64,000 bases of DNA from Nannocystis pusilla (GCF_026626665.1 NZ_JAPNKE010000002.1:1293204-1357203); one strand, 5' to 3'; positions 39,208-52,544 are shown, numbered from the stretch's first letter. Numbers and translations: made by a program. Notes: a model not told the origin generated them from the sequence alone.

Positions 39208-41436
39208 TCACAGCAGCTTGTCGAGGGTGATCGGGAGCTCGCGGATCCGCCGGCCGGTCGCGTGAAACACGGCGTTGGCGATCGCGGCCGCGACGCCGAC
39301 GATCCCGATCTCGCCGAGGCCCTTGACGCCGAGCGGGTTGACGACGTCGTCGCGCTCCTCGACGAACACGACGTCGATCGCGGGCACGTCGGCGTGGACG
39401 GGCACGTGGTACTCGCCGAGGTTGTGATTGACGAAGCGGCCGAGGCCGTGGTCGAGCATGCTGTGCTCCTCGAGCGCCATGCCGATGCCCCACACCACGC
39501 CGCCGAGGATCTGGCTGCGCGCGGTCTTGGGGTTCAAGATCCGCCCGCCCGCGACCGCGCTGACGACTCGTCTCACCGTCACGGTGCCGAGCGCCTCGTC
39601 GACGGCGACTTCGACGAACACCGCGGAGTGGGCGTTGCTGGTGTAGCGTGATTGGCGGGCGAGGTCGGGGATCGCGGTGGCCTGCTCGGCGATGCTGCCG
39701 AGGCCGGCGTGGCGCATGATCGCGGCGAGCGGCACGGCCGGGGCGACGCCGCTGCGCAGGCGCAGGCCGCGGTCGACGAACTCGACGTCCGCGAGCGTGC
39801 GTCCGCCGAAGGGCGAGTCGGGCAGGGCCTGCGCCAGCTTCAAGAGGGTGTGCTGCAGCGCGCGACACACCGCGAGCACGGCGGAGCCGACCGAGGAGGC
39901 GGTGGCCGAGCCGCCCTGGATCATCGCCGGCGGCAACGCGGTGTCGCCGAGCTCGAAGCGGACCGCGGCGAGCGGTAAGCCGAGCTGCTCGGCGGCGATC
40001 TGCGACATGATCGTGTAAGTGCCGGGGCCGATCTCGCCGCTGGCGCTGGCGACGTGCAGCCGGCCGTCGACGGTCAGCAGCGCCTTGGCCTGCGAGGGGG
40101 CCTGCTGCGCCTCCCAGATGCCGGTGGCCATGCCCCAGCCGATCTGCAGCGCGCCCTCCCGCATCGAGCGGGCGGCGAGGGTGCGCCGGTGCCAGCCGAA
40201 CCGCGCCGCGCCCTCGCGGTAGCAGTCGCGCAGGGCCTTGCTCGAGAACGGGCGCCGGTGATCTTGATCCTCCTCGGCGTAGTTCTTGAGCCGCAGCGCC
40301 AGCGGGTCGATGTCCAGGGCGTCGGCCAGCTCGTCGATCGCCGACTCGAGCGCCCACAGGCCGGTGACGGCCCCGGGCGCGCGGGCGTCGATCGGCGTGT
40401 AGAGATCGAGCGCGGCCACGCCGTACTCGAGCCGCGTGTTCGGGCACTCGTAGAGCACGCCGGACCAGGGCACCACGTTCTCGCAGTAATCCTCGAAGCG
40501 CGAGGTGTTGCCGACGGCCTCGTGGATCAGCGCGCACAGCCGGCCGTCCCGCTCGGCGCCGAGGGCCACGCGCTGGCGCGTCCACGGCCGGTAGCCGATC
40601 GTGAACATCTGCTGGCGGCTCAGCACCACCCGGACCGAGCGCCGCAGCTCGCGGGCGGCCAGGACCGCGAGGAACAATTGATATTGCGGACGCAGGCCCG
40701 AGCCGAAGCCGCCGCCGACGAACGGGGTGACGACGCGGACCTGGTCGCTCGCCAGGCCGAACACCTTGCACACGTAGTCGCGGCTGTTGCTCACGCCCTG
40801 GGTCTTGTCGTGGATCGTCAGGCTGCCGTCGGCCTCGACGATCACGGTGGTGGCGTGCGGCTCCATCGGGTTGTGGTGCAGCGGCGGGTGCTCGTAGGTC
40901 GCCTCGACGCGCACGGGGGCGGCCGCGAGGGCCTCGTCGGCGCGCCCGCGCGGCTTCGGGGGCGGGGTGTAGCCCTTCTTGCCGCGGGCCGGCTCGTGCG
41001 CCTCGGACTCGACCTCGGCGAGGCGAGTCTCGTGCGGCGCGGCCTCGTAGTCGACCTTGACGAGCCCGGCGGCCTCGCGCGCGAGCTCGAAGCTCTCGGC
41101 GATCACGAGCGCGACGGGCTGGCCGCTGAACCGGATCTCGGCGTCGTGCAGCGGGCGCAGCGGGGAGCCGCCGGGGGCGACCATGTCGCGCCAGCTGCGG
41201 TCGCGCCAGGCCAGCCGCGGGGTGTTCTCGTGGGTGTATACCTGCAGCACGCCGGGCAGCGCGAGCGCCTCGGCGGCGTCGATGCGGACGATCTTGCCGC
41301 GGGCGATCGCGCTGCCGACGACGAAGCCGTGCACGAGGTCGGGGGCCGTGAACTCGCCGGCGTAGCGGGCCTGGCCAGTGACCTTGGCCCGGCCGTCGAC
41401 GCGATCGTGTGGCTCGCCGGTCTTTCCCGTGGTCAT
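39208..41436 (-). CDS. Xanthine dehydrogenase family molybdopterin-binding large subunit (CoxL-like)
   Basis: MTTGKTGEPHDRVDGRAKVTGQARYAGEF...GGGFG... 742 aa. ATGA overlap with the FAD subunit. Confidence 0.9.
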   Translation of the reverse strand: MTTGKTGEPHDRVDGRAKVTGQARYAGEFTAPDLVHGFVVGSAIARGKIVRIDAAEALALPGVLQVYTHENTPRLAWRDRSWRDMVAPGGSPLRPLHDAEIRFSGQPVALVIAESFELAREAAGLVKVDYEAAPHETRLAEVESEAHEPARGKKGYTPPPKPRGRADEALAAAPVRVEATYEHPPLHHNPMEPHATTVIVEADGSLTIHDKTQGVSNSRDYVCKVFGLASDQVRVVTPFVGGGFGSGLRPQYQLFLAVLAARELRRSVRVVLSRQQMFTIGYRPWTRQRVALGAERDGRLCALIHEAVGNTSRFEDYCENVVPWSGVLYECPNTRLEYGVAALDLYTPIDARAPGAVTGLWALESAIDELADALDIDPLALRLKNYAEEDQDHRRPFSSKALRDCYREGAARFGWHRRTLAARSMREGALQIGWGMATGIWEAQQAPSQAKALLTVDGRLHVASASGEIGPGTYTIMSQIAAEQLGLPLAAVRFELGDTALPPAMIQGGSATASSVGSAVLAVCRALQHTLLKLAQALPDSPFGGRTLADVEFVDRGLRLRSGVAPAVPLAAIMRHAGLGSIAEQATAIPDLARQSRYTSNAHSAVFVEVAVDEALGTVTVRRVVSAVAGGRILNPKTARSQILGGVVWGIGMALEEHSMLDHGLGRFVNHNLGEYHVPVHADVPAIDVVFVEERDDVVNPLGVKGLGEIGIVGVAAAIANAVFHATGRRIRELPITLDKLL

Positions 41437-42428
41437 GCGCGTGGCCCTCCGGCGACCGCCTGTTGCAGCGCGCGGACCACCGCGCGGCGGACGAGGGCGA
41501 TCTTGAAGTCGTTGTGGCCGCAGCCGCGAGCGTCGCGCACGAGGTGCTCGCCGACGGCGGCGAACAGGGCGTCGTCGGGCTTCTGGCCGCGCAGCAGCGC
41601 CTCGGCCGTCGGGTCGCGCCACGGCTTGTGCGCGACGCCGCCGAGCGCGAGGCGGGCCTCGCCGATCGTGCCGTCGACCATCCGCAGGCCGACGGCCACC
41701 GACACCAGGGCGAACGCGTAGGAGTGACGATCGCGGACCTTGAGGTAGGTCGAGTGGGCGGCGAAGCCCTCGCGCGGCAGCGCGACGGCGGTGACGAGCT
41801 CGCCCGGCTGCAAGGTGGTGTCGCGCTCGGGCGCGTCGCCGGGCAGGCGGTGGAACTCGGCGAACTCGATCGCGCGCGCGCCGGCGGGGCCGGTGACGTG
41901 CACCGTGGCCGCGAGCGCGGCCAGGGCGACGCACATGTCCGAAGGGTGGACCGCGATGCAATGCTCGCTGGCGCCGAGGATCGCGTGGATCCGGTTGACG
42001 CCGTCGCGCGCCGGACAGCCGCTGCCGGGCGCGCGCTTGTTGCAGGGCAGGGCGGCGTCGTAGAAGTAATAGCAGCGGGTGCGCTGCAGCAGGTTGCCGC
42101 CGGTGCTGGCCATGTTGCGCAGCTGCGGCGAGGCGCCGGCGAGGATCGCCTGTGACAGCAGCGGATAGCGAGACACGACCTCGGGGTGGGAGGCGACCTC
42201 GCTGTTGCTGACGAGCGCGCCGATCTCGAGGCCGCCGTCCGGCAATGACTTCACGGCGCGCAGCGGCAGGCGGGTGATGTCGATGAGCCGGCTCGGCGCG
42301 GCGATCCGCTCCTTCATGAGGTCGACGAGGTTGGTCCCGCCGGCGATGAATTGGGCCGCGTCGCCATTGGCGGCCGCGTGCACGGCCTCGCCGACGTCGC
42401 TCGCGCGGGTGTAGCCGAACCGGTTCAC
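41433..42428 (-). CDS. Molybdenum hydroxylase FAD-binding subunit (CoxM-like)
   Basis: FIAGGTNLVDLMKERIAAPSRLIDITRL... GTG start overlapping the CoxS stop (GTGA). Confidence 0.85.
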   Translation of the reverse strand: MNRFGYTRASDVGEAVHAAANGDAAQFIAGGTNLVDLMKERIAAPSRLIDITRLPLRAVKSLPDGGLEIGALVSNSEVASHPEVVSRYPLLSQAILAGASPQLRNMASTGGNLLQRTRCYYFYDAALPCNKRAPGSGCPARDGVNRIHAILGASEHCIAVHPSDMCVALAALAATVHVTGPAGARAIEFAEFHRLPGDAPERDTTLQPGELVTAVALPREGFAAHSTYLKVRDRHSYAFALVSVAVGLRMVDGTIGEARLALGGVAHKPWRDPTAEALLRGQKPDDALFAAVGEHLVRDARGCGHNDFKIALVRRAVVRALQQAVAGGPRA

Positions 42429-42919
42429 GCGTCCCTCCGCGGCCGCATGGCCTGGCCGATCGCGGCGACGATGTTGGGGTAGGCGCCGCAGCGGCACAGG
42501 TTGCCGCTCATGAGCTCGCGGATCTGGTCGTCGCTGCGCGCGTGGCCCTCGGCGAGCAGACCGACGGCCGAGCAGATCTGGCCCGGCGTGCAGTAGCCGC
42601 ACTGAAACGCGTCGTTCTCGATGAACGCCTGCTGCAGCGGGTGCAGGGCGTCGCCCTCGGCCAGGCCCTCGATCGTGGTGACGCTGGCGCCGTCGCGCAT
42701 CACCGCGAGGCTGAGGCAGCTGTTGATGCGGACGCCGTCGACGAGCACCGTGCAGGCGCCGCACTGGCCGTGGTCGCAGCCCTTCTTGCTGCCGGTGAGG
42801 CCGAGGCGCTCGCGCAGCAGGTCGAGCAGGGTGGTCCAGGGCGCGACCTGAAGGCGCAGCGTGGACCCGTTCACCTTCAAGGTGATGGCGCAGGTGTCGT
42901 CGCCCATGCCGGGCAGCAT
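42425..42919 (-). CDS. Molybdenum hydroxylase (2Fe-2S)-binding small subunit (CoxS-like)
   Basis: CDHGQCGACTV...CGYCTPG...CRCGAY. Confidence 0.85.
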   Translation of the reverse strand: MLPGMGDDTCAITLKVNGSTLRLQVAPWTTLLDLLRERLGLTGSKKGCDHGQCGACTVLVDGVRINSCLSLAVMRDGASVTTIEGLAEGDALHPLQQAFIENDAFQCGYCTPGQICSAVGLLAEGHARSDDQIRELMSGNLCRCGAYPNIVAAIGQAMRPRRDA

Positions 42920-43177
42920 GGGCGCGATGGTCGAGCGCGCGAGCGGTCGCGGCCTGGCGCGCCCGCGAGGCGTTCGCCGACCGTCGACGCCGGTGCTCGG
43001 CGCAAGACCCGCTCGGCGGAGCGGCTCGCGAGGGACCGCTGGCGGGCGCGAAGCCGACCGCGCCGCACACCGTCGCTGCGGCTCGTCGAGGAGCTCCGGC
43101 CGCTGGCCCTGGGCCGCGGCCATGCGACGCTGGTCGATGGTTGTCGGGCCGAGGAGGTCGGGCTAGCGTCATCGTCG

Positions 43178-43552
43178 ATGAAGTCCCTCGCCGATTACGA
43201 GCAGAAGTTCGACCGGCTGCACGAGGATTGTCCCGTCCGCGCCGCGCTCGACGTCATCCGCGGGCGCTGGAAGCCCTCGATCTTCTACGAGCTCAAGGAC
43301 GGCCCGCGGCGCTTCTCGCAGCTGCAGGCGGCGCTCGCCGGCATCACCGCGCAGGCGCTGACCGTGCAGCTGCGCCAGCTCGAGGCCGACGGCGTGGTCG
43401 TCCGCACCGTACACGCGGAGGAGAGCCCGCTGCGCGTCGAGTACGCGCTGAGCGAGTCGGGCAAGACGCTGTCGGGCGTGCTGGACCAGCTCGAGGTGTG
43501 GGGCGCGGCCTATATGGAGCGCCGCGGGGCGACGCGATCGCGGGTCGCCTGA
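43178..43552 (+). CDS. HxlR family wHTH transcriptional regulator
   Basis: CPVRAALDVIRGRWKPSIFYELKDGPRRFSQLQAALAGITAQALTVQLRQLEADGVV...PLRVEYALSESG. Confidence 0.8.
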   Translation: MKSLADYEQKFDRLHEDCPVRAALDVIRGRWKPSIFYELKDGPRRFSQLQAALAGITAQALTVQLRQLEADGVVVRTVHAEESPLRVEYALSESGKTLSGVLDQLEVWGAAYMERRGATRSRVA

Positions 43553-43628
43553 GCCGCTCACTTTTTGGTGAGCAGCTCAACAATTTGCGAGGAGGCACGC
43601 GGCGAGGGGCGTCGCTACATTCCTCGCC

Positions 43629-44288
43629 ATGCACAAGCTCCTCGTCGTCGATGCCAGCGGGCGCGTCACTCGCTCGATCACCCGTCGTCTCACCCGTCGC
43701 TTCGCCGAGGCCTGGCGCGCGCGCGAGCCCGGCGGCGCGGTGCTTCACAGGGACGTGGGGCTGGAGCCGCCGCCGCCGGTCGACGAGCCGTGGATCGCGG
43801 CCGCGTTCGGCGACCCCGCGACGCGCTCCGAGGCCGGGCGCGCGGCCTTGCAAACCAGCGACGCGCTGATCGACGAGCTCGAGGCGGCCGACGCGGTGGT
43901 GATCGGCGCGCCCATGTACAACTTCGGGATGCCGGCGCAGCTCAAGGCGTACTTTGACCAGGTGATCCGCGTGGGCCGGACCTTCGGCTTCGACGCGACC
44001 GCGGCCGAGCCCTACCAGCCGCTGCTGCGCGCGCGACCGGTGGTCGTGATCGTCTCGCTCGGCGACGGGGCCTTGAACCCGGGCGGCGCCCTGGCGCACC
44101 TCAACTTCCTCGAGCCGCACCTGACGACCTGCCTCGGCTTCATCGGCCTGACCGATGTCACGTTCGTCCGCGTCGGCTTCGACGAGTTTCAGGACGGCCG
44201 CTTCCGGGCCTCGATCGCCGCCGCCGAGGCCGAGGTCGACGAGCTCGCCGCGCGCCTCGCCGGTCCGCTCCCTCGCCTGGCGTCGTGA
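43629..44288 (+). CDS. FMN-dependent NADH-azoreductase / NAD(P)H dehydrogenase (quinone)-like
   Basis: MHKLLVVDASGRV...VVIGAPMYNFGMPAQLKAYFDQVIRVGRTF. Confidence 0.8.
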   Translation: MHKLLVVDASGRVTRSITRRLTRRFAEAWRAREPGGAVLHRDVGLEPPPPVDEPWIAAAFGDPATRSEAGRAALQTSDALIDELEAADAVVIGAPMYNFGMPAQLKAYFDQVIRVGRTFGFDATAAEPYQPLLRARPVVVIVSLGDGALNPGGALAHLNFLEPHLTTCLGFIGLTDVTFVRVGFDEFQDGRFRASIAAAEAEVDELAARLAGPLPRLAS

Positions 44289-44380
44289 GCGGCGGGCGGT
44301 GACTCCGGCGTCGACTCGCCGGGCGCTCCGCGGTCGATGGCGCCGCCGAACTGCGGTAAGATCGGTCCGCGGAGGAGCCC

Positions 44381-45463
44381 ATGCGCGTGAGGATGGCAGC
44401 GAGACTGACGATCGCCGCGGCGATCGTCGCGGCTCCGGGGACGGCGCGGGCGTGGAACGAGAGCGGGCACCGGATCGTCGCCCGCATCGCCTGGGACGAG
44501 CTGACGCGGGCGCAGCAGGTGTTCGCGTCGGAGCTGCTGGTCCGTCACCCGCGCTTCGCCGAGGACTTCGCGGCCCGCATGCCGCCGGAGATCGCGGCGC
44601 GCCCGGCCGACGACGCCGAGCGGCAGCAGTGGGTGTTCATGCACGCGGCGATCTGGCCCGACCTGCTGAAGGGCGCGAACAGGCAGCTGAACGAGGCGAT
44701 CGCGGCGCTGTCGGCCGGCCCGGAGAAGACCGAGATCGAGCGCCGCCTCGCCGACGTGAAGCGCCACGACAACCCGACGTGGCACTACGACAACAAGCCG
44801 ATCCACATCGACCCGTACGCGCTGCCGGCGATCGCCCCGCCCGCGACGCGACCGCTCGGGGTCCAGCAGGCGCTGCCGAACGCGCTGCGCGAGCTCGACG
44901 ATCGCAGCCTGCCGGTCGAGCGCCGGGCGGTCGCTCTGGCGTGGGTGCTCCACCTGGTCGGCGACTCGCACCAGCCGCTGCACACGGTGGCGCTGTTCTC
45001 GTCGCGGCACCTGCCGCAGGGCGACCTCGGCGGCAACGCCTTGATCGTCCGGCTGCCCGGACCGGCCGGCGCGACGCCGACCCGGCTGCACGCGGTGTGG
45101 GACGACATGCTCGGCGACGATCCGAAGACGGAGCGGGCGGCCAAGAGCCGGATCGTCGCCGCCGTCCCGCGGCGGAGCCTGAAGCCGAAGCTGGCGGCCT
45201 CGGACGGCTCGGCGGGGGTCGAGGCGATGGTCAATCTGTGGCTCGACGAGAGCTACCGCGCCGCCGACACCAGCGTGTACGACGGTCGCCTGCGCGAGGC
45301 GTTGCTGGCCCCGCTCGCGGCCGGCGCGACCTCGCCGTTCCCGATCGCGCTCGACCGCCGCTACCTGCAAGCGGCCCGCGCGGTGGCGATGCGCCGCGCG
45401 GCCCTGGCCGGGTATCGCCTCGCCGATTGCATCGGCAGGGCGGAGAATCGAACTCGCCCGTGA
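44381..45463 (+). CDS. Secreted S1/P1 nuclease family protein
   Basis: Signal peptide then WNESGHRIVARIAWDEL...LHLVGDSHQPLH. Confidence 0.8.
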   Translation: MRVRMAARLTIAAAIVAAPGTARAWNESGHRIVARIAWDELTRAQQVFASELLVRHPRFAEDFAARMPPEIAARPADDAERQQWVFMHAAIWPDLLKGANRQLNEAIAALSAGPEKTEIERRLADVKRHDNPTWHYDNKPIHIDPYALPAIAPPATRPLGVQQALPNALRELDDRSLPVERRAVALAWVLHLVGDSHQPLHTVALFSSRHLPQGDLGGNALIVRLPGPAGATPTRLHAVWDDMLGDDPKTERAAKSRIVAAVPRRSLKPKLAASDGSAGVEAMVNLWLDESYRAADTSVYDGRLREALLAPLAAGATSPFPIALDRRYLQAARAVAMRRAALAGYRLADCIGRAENRTRP

Positions 45464-45503
45464 CCCCGAGACGCGCGCGACCAGCCGCGAGATCCCGGTG
45501 GGG

Positions 45504-45752
45504 TTATTGTAAGGACATGTCCCTTGATGCATGTCATGCGAATCCCGCCGTGCTCGGCGTCGTGAGCGGAGTGCCGGTGGTGAAAGTCCCGAGGGACAGG
45601 ACCGAACGAGCAGGCCATGCGGGCGCCCCGCGGAGCCCGCCGCGCGGCCACGCCGGTTTTTTGTCCTGAAGGACATCGTAGAGTTCATGTCACCGGCTGT
45701 CGGCGCGGCGGCGGACTTGCTGCTCTTTCGGTCATGCCCGATGGGGCATGTC
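45504..45752. repeat. Three short 14-bp periodic arrays (GGACATGTCC, TGTCCtgaaGGACAT, CATGcccgatggggCATGTCC) in a convergent intergenic region
   Basis: Centres at 45507.5/45521.5, 45661.5/45675.5 and 45734.5/45748.5. Confidence 0.7.
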
Positions 45753-45766
45753 CCGAAGGTCACCCT

Positions 45767-46600
45767 TCAAGCCGGCGCCTCGCCGGCCAGCAGCGCCTGC
45801 ACGCGCGCCAGCGAGGCCGCGATCGCGGCCGAAGGCGGGCCAGGGTCGCCGTCCGCGGTCAAAAGCTCGCCGACGCGCACGCGCCCGGGCGAGCGGGTCT
45901 CGGCGTAGGCGCCGGCGCAGGCGTGGCGGCCGAACGGGCCGAGGTCGAACTCGTGGTGCTCGGCGATCGTCCGCAGCGCCCGCGGAGCGGCGGGCAGCGC
46001 CTCGTGGGCGCGGGTGATCACGACGCAGCGCGGGGTCGGCAGGCCGACCGCCAGGGCCAGGCCCGAGGGGCCGCGGAGGTCGCGGCCGAGCAGCGCGTCC
46101 TCCGAGAAGGCGCCCGGTTCGTCGCCGTCGTCGAGCAGGAAGTTGGGGCGAAAGCGGCGCGGGTCCCATTCGACCTCCGGCTGCAGCGCCCGCAGATGCG
46201 CCAGGGTCCGGGTCGTGAGCACGTGGACCGGGGCGAAGTCCTGGTGGCGGCCGGGCGCGGCGAAGCGGCCGGGGACGTCGGCGGCGGCCTGCAAGCGCAC
46301 GCGGCGGCCGAGCAGCGACGACAGCGCGGGCTCGACGTCCGCGCCCTCGACGACCTCGCCGTCGGGCAGCGTCACGCGCAGCGGCAGTAGGGCGTCGCGG
46401 TCGGCGAGCAGCGCCGCCCGGCAGGCGCGCAGGGCCGGGTGCGTCGGCCCGCGCTTGTTGGCGATCGTCTCGCCGGTGTCGACGTCGACCGCCACGTACT
46501 TGCGATCGCCGTCGCAGCCCGCGTGATCGACGTGGGTCTCGGGCAACGACTCGCCCAGCATCGCCTTGACGGGGTAGCGCCAGATCGCCAGGACGCCCAT
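45767..46600 (-). CDS. MOSC domain-containing protein
   Basis: MGVLAIWRYPVKAMLGESL... 277 aa. GGAGGAG SD. Confidence 0.75.
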   Translation of the reverse strand: MGVLAIWRYPVKAMLGESLPETHVDHAGCDGDRKYVAVDVDTGETIANKRGPTHPALRACRAALLADRDALLPLRVTLPDGEVVEGADVEPALSSLLGRRVRLQAAADVPGRFAAPGRHQDFAPVHVLTTRTLAHLRALQPEVEWDPRRFRPNFLLDDGDEPGAFSEDALLGRDLRGPSGLALAVGLPTPRCVVITRAHEALPAAPRALRTIAEHHEFDLGPFGRHACAGAYAETRSPGRVRVGELLTADGDPGPPSAAIAASLARVQALLAGEAPA

Positions 46601-46647
46601 GGTCTCCTCCGGGGCGCCAGGGTAGCGCGGCGGGCGTGGCGGATGGG

Positions 46648-46663
46648 ATGTCCGAAAGGACAT
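46648..46663. repeat. Perfect ATGTCC-gaaa-GGACAT unit (two 14-bp-phased half-sites), upstream of MOSC and divergent from the Cache kinase
   Basis: 6-bp arms and a GAAA tetraloop-like spacer. Confidence 0.7.
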
Positions 46664-46917
46664 CTGGTGACAGCGGCGGGCGGGCGCCGCGGGGCCGCCG
46701 CGGCGCGCGAAATGACGCCGACCGCCGATGCGGACGCGGTCGGCGCGGCGCCGGGCCGATTGGCAGCATTTGCGCGGCCGATCGGTGCCCGCAATCGGGG
46801 CACGGGCCGTCTTCAGGCGAGGGATCCCGCCGTGGTGTGAATCGGGCGCAGGTGCGTTCATCGGGCCTGCTCCGAGCCTGCGGCGGCGGTCGCCGCGCCC
46901 GCCCTCGCGGGGCGGTC

Positions 46918-49374
<2,457 letters not shown>

Positions 49375-49435
49375 ATCGCACTCCGGGCAATCACCGTTGC
49401 GAGCGCTCCGCGCCTGGCCTATGACCGGACTGCTC

Positions 49436-50593
49436 ATGCGTCGCGTGATTCGTCATTCATCGTTGTTGGCAGCCCTGGCCGTCGCTACTCCGGCCTGTTT
49501 CCTCGAAGACCTGCTGGACGGCGATTCGAGCCCCGTGCAGCACGACACCATCTCGCTGTCCACCGGCATCGACGTGGCCTACCGCGAGCTCGGCGACCCC
49601 GACGGCGACGTGGTCATCTTCCTCCACGGCTACACCGATACCTCGCGCTCGTTCTTGCCGACGGCGCTGGCGCTGCACCAGCTTGACGACGATTATCACC
49701 TGTACGTCCTCGACCAGCGCGGCCACGGCGGCTCGTCGATGCCGCCCGCGGCCGACTGCGCCGCCGCGCCGGCGCAGTGCTTCGAGCCGGCCGACCTGGC
49801 CGACGACGTCATCGCGTTCATGGACGCCAAGGGCATCGCCCGCGCCTCGATCGTCGGCCACTCGATGGGCAGCTTCGTCGCCCAGGAGCTTGGCCTGTCG
49901 CACCCGCAGCGGGTCGACAAGCTGGTCCTGATCGGCACCGCCGCGAGCGTGGTCGGCAACGTGGTGCTGCAGGACTACATCCTCGCCGAGCCGGTCGAGG
50001 GCTCGTGGAAGGCCGGCTTCGAGGCCCAGGGCCTGCAATTCCCCGAGGACGTGTACGAGCTCGATCCGCTCGACGCGAACGCCGACGCGCAGGCGTGGAT
50101 CGAGGGCGCGTGGGTGGTCGACCCGGCGGCCGACCCCGACTACCTGGCCTCGATCGTGCCCGAGACCGCGGCGACGCGGATGGGCACGTGGATCGGCGTG
50201 GCCCGGGCGCTGCTGCAGACCGACAACAGCCAGCGCCTGCAGGACCTGAGCGTGCCGACGCTGATCCTGTGGGCCACCCAGGACGGCTTCTTCTACGACG
50301 ACCCCGACCAGCAGGCGCTGCGCGCCGCGCTCGACGTGGCCGTCGACGCCTGCAAGCTCGAGTACTGGTTCAAGCAGTACGGCAAGCGCCCGCTCGGCCC
50401 CGACGGGGTGCAGGTCGACGACCTCGGCCACAACACGCAGTGGGCCGCCCCGGAGGAGGTCGCCCGCGACCTCAAGGCGTACCTCGGCACCGGCAAGCCG
50501 ACGACCGACTGGTATTATTCGGCCGACGGCGATCCGCAGCACATCGTCACCAAGAAGAAGGCGGCGCCGCTGATCCACGGCAAGTGCGAGTGA
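49436..50593 (+). CDS. Secreted alpha/beta hydrolase
   Basis: MRRVIRHSSLLAALAVATPAC signal. IFLHGYTDT...GHSMGSF. Alternative ATG at 49421. Confidence 0.75.
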   Translation: MRRVIRHSSLLAALAVATPACFLEDLLDGDSSPVQHDTISLSTGIDVAYRELGDPDGDVVIFLHGYTDTSRSFLPTALALHQLDDDYHLYVLDQRGHGGSSMPPAADCAAAPAQCFEPADLADDVIAFMDAKGIARASIVGHSMGSFVAQELGLSHPQRVDKLVLIGTAASVVGNVVLQDYILAEPVEGSWKAGFEAQGLQFPEDVYELDPLDANADAQAWIEGAWVVDPAADPDYLASIVPETAATRMGTWIGVARALLQTDNSQRLQDLSVPTLILWATQDGFFYDDPDQQALRAALDVAVDACKLEYWFKQYGKRPLGPDGVQVDDLGHNTQWAAPEEVARDLKAYLGTGKPTTDWYYSADGDPQHIVTKKKAAPLIHGKCE

Positions 50594-50734
50594 CGGCCCG
50601 CTCGCGGCCAGCGAGGTCGGCGGTCCCGCGAATGCGACTCGCTGCTGCGATTCGTCGACGCGGGGCGCCCGGGGGCGCCGAACCTCCGACGACCGCGCTT
50701 GACAGGCGGTCGCCGCAGATCTTTACGTGAGGCG

Positions 50735-52013
50735 ATGCTCACCGCTCCCCGGGTCCCGCTGGCCGTCCTCCTCGTGCTCGTCGCCTGCGGCGGCGAGCAG
50801 CTCCACGGAGACGGGGACGGCCGCGACGTCGACGGAGCCCACGACGACGACGACCGGCACGACGGTCGACACGACGACGACCACCACCACCGAGGCCGCA
50901 CCGACGACCACGGGCACCAGCGGCGATCCGAGCACCACCGGCGCGCCGCTCGAGGGCTACGCCGATCCGGCGCTGTGGCTGTGTCACCCGGACAAGCCGG
51001 TCGACTCGGACGCCTGCCTCTCCGCCGACCTGACCGCGACCGAGCTCCTGCCCGACGGCGGGACCGCGATCGTCGAGCACACGATCGCCGCCGCGCCGGC
51101 GTTCGACTGCTTCTACGTCTACCCGACCGTCGACATCCGCCTGCAGCCGGGCCAGACCGAGAGCTTCGACGACCTCGATCAGGAGCTGGACCCGCTGCTC
51201 AACCAGGCGGCTCGCTTCACCTCGATGTGCCGGATGTTCGCGCCGCTGTACCACCAGGTGACGATCGGCACCTACGGCAGCGGCGAGGCCGAGACGCTGC
51301 TGACCGCGGCGTACCAGGACGTGCTCGCTGCGTTCGAGAGCTACCTCGAGCACCACGCCGACGGCCGGCCGCTCTTGATCCTCGGCCACTCGCAGGGCAC
51401 GTACATGACGACTCGGCTGCTCCAGGAAGTCGTCGAGCCCGACCCGGTCCTGCGCGAGCGGCTGCTGGCGGCGTTCCTGCTCGGCGGCTCGTTCAGCGTG
51501 CCGTTCGGCGCGGCGGTCGGCGGCACGCTCTCGACCATCCCGCTGTGCGACAGCGCCGAGCAGCTCGGCTGCGTCGTCGCCTACCGCACCTACGCGGCCG
51601 AGCTGCCGCCGGAGGGCGGCTCGAACGCGCCCGACATCCCCGGCAACGACGTCGCCTGCGCCAACCCGGCCGCGCCCGGAGGCGGCTCGGCGCGCGCCCG
51701 CGGGGCGTTCTTCCCCAACTTCACCCACCAGGAGGCGGTGTTCCCGAAGATCGACTTCGGCGCGGTCATCGACACGCCCTTCGTGGTGATGCGCGACTTC
51801 TACGACCTGTCGTGCCAGACCGACGGCGACGGCCAGCACTTCCTCGCGGTCGCGCCCGCGCCCGACGACGGCGACGTGCGCACCGACCCGATCGACGTCA
51901 CGGCGCCGCTGTTCGCCCCGGCCTTCCTCGGCCTGCACGTGCTCGACTACAACTTCGCGCTGCAGGACCTGCTCGACGCCGCCGCGGCCAAGGCGGCCGC
52001 CGCGGGCCTGTGA
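50735..52013 (+). CDS. Lipoprotein, DUF3089-like alpha/beta hydrolase with Thr-rich linker. Frameshift (net +1) just after the lipobox, near 50795.
   Basis: MLTAPRVPLAVLLVLVACGG in the 50699 frame. TETGTAATSTEPTTTTTGTT...LILGHSQGTYMTTRLLQE in the 50727 frame. Confidence 0.6.
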
Positions 52014-52020
52014 ACCCGAG

Positions 52021-52098
52021 GACATGTCCCGAGGGGAAGGTCCGAAAGGGCATGGCCTCGGCGGCATGGCGCGAGGAACATGCCCTGAACGCCATGAG
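52021..52098. repeat. Six-unit 14-bp periodic array (GGACATGTCC, degenerate, GGGCATGGCC, GGCATGGCG, AACATGCCC, GCCATGAGA)
   Basis: Centres at 52024.5, 52038.5 (degenerate), 52052.5, 52066.5, 52080.5 and 52094.5. Lies between convergent genes. Confidence 0.8.
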
Positions 52099-52100
52099 AC

Positions 52101-52544
52101 TCAGTCGAGCGGCCGCGTCATCAGCACCCGCGGCGGGGCGGTGAAGCCGGAGCGGCGGTAGAGCTCGAGGGCGGGCGTGTTGTCGGTGCGGACCATCAGG
52201 TGGACCGCACGGGCCCCGTGGGCGCGGGCGGAGGCGAGGGCGGCGTCGAGGAACAGGCGCCCGCGGCCGGCGCCGCGGACCTCGGCCCGCAGATACAGCT
52301 CGGTGAGGAAAGCGTCGCGACCGCCCCACTCGAGGTCGAAGCCCCAGGTGAGCACGAAGTAGCCGAGCGGCGCGTCGCCCTCGAGGCCGAGGACCACGGT
52401 GCCGAGCCCGGGCGAGCCGATCAGCGTCCGCAGCGGCGCCTCGCCGGGGCCGCGGCGCCACGGGATGTGCTCCAGGCGGTTGAAGTCCTCCATCATGTCG
52501 AGGATCGCGGGGACATCGGAGCTCGTGGCCGGGCGAAAGTGCAT
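52101..52544 (-). CDS. GNAT family N-acetyltransferase
   Basis: 147 aa. ...RGAGRGRLFLDAALASARAHGARAVHLMVRTDNTPALELYRRSGF. Confidence 0.8.
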   Translation of the reverse strand: MHFRPATSSDVPAILDMMEDFNRLEHIPWRRGPGEAPLRTLIGSPGLGTVVLGLEGDAPLGYFVLTWGFDLEWGGRDAFLTELYLRAEVRGAGRGRLFLDAALASARAHGARAVHLMVRTDNTPALELYRRSGFTAPPRVLMTRPLD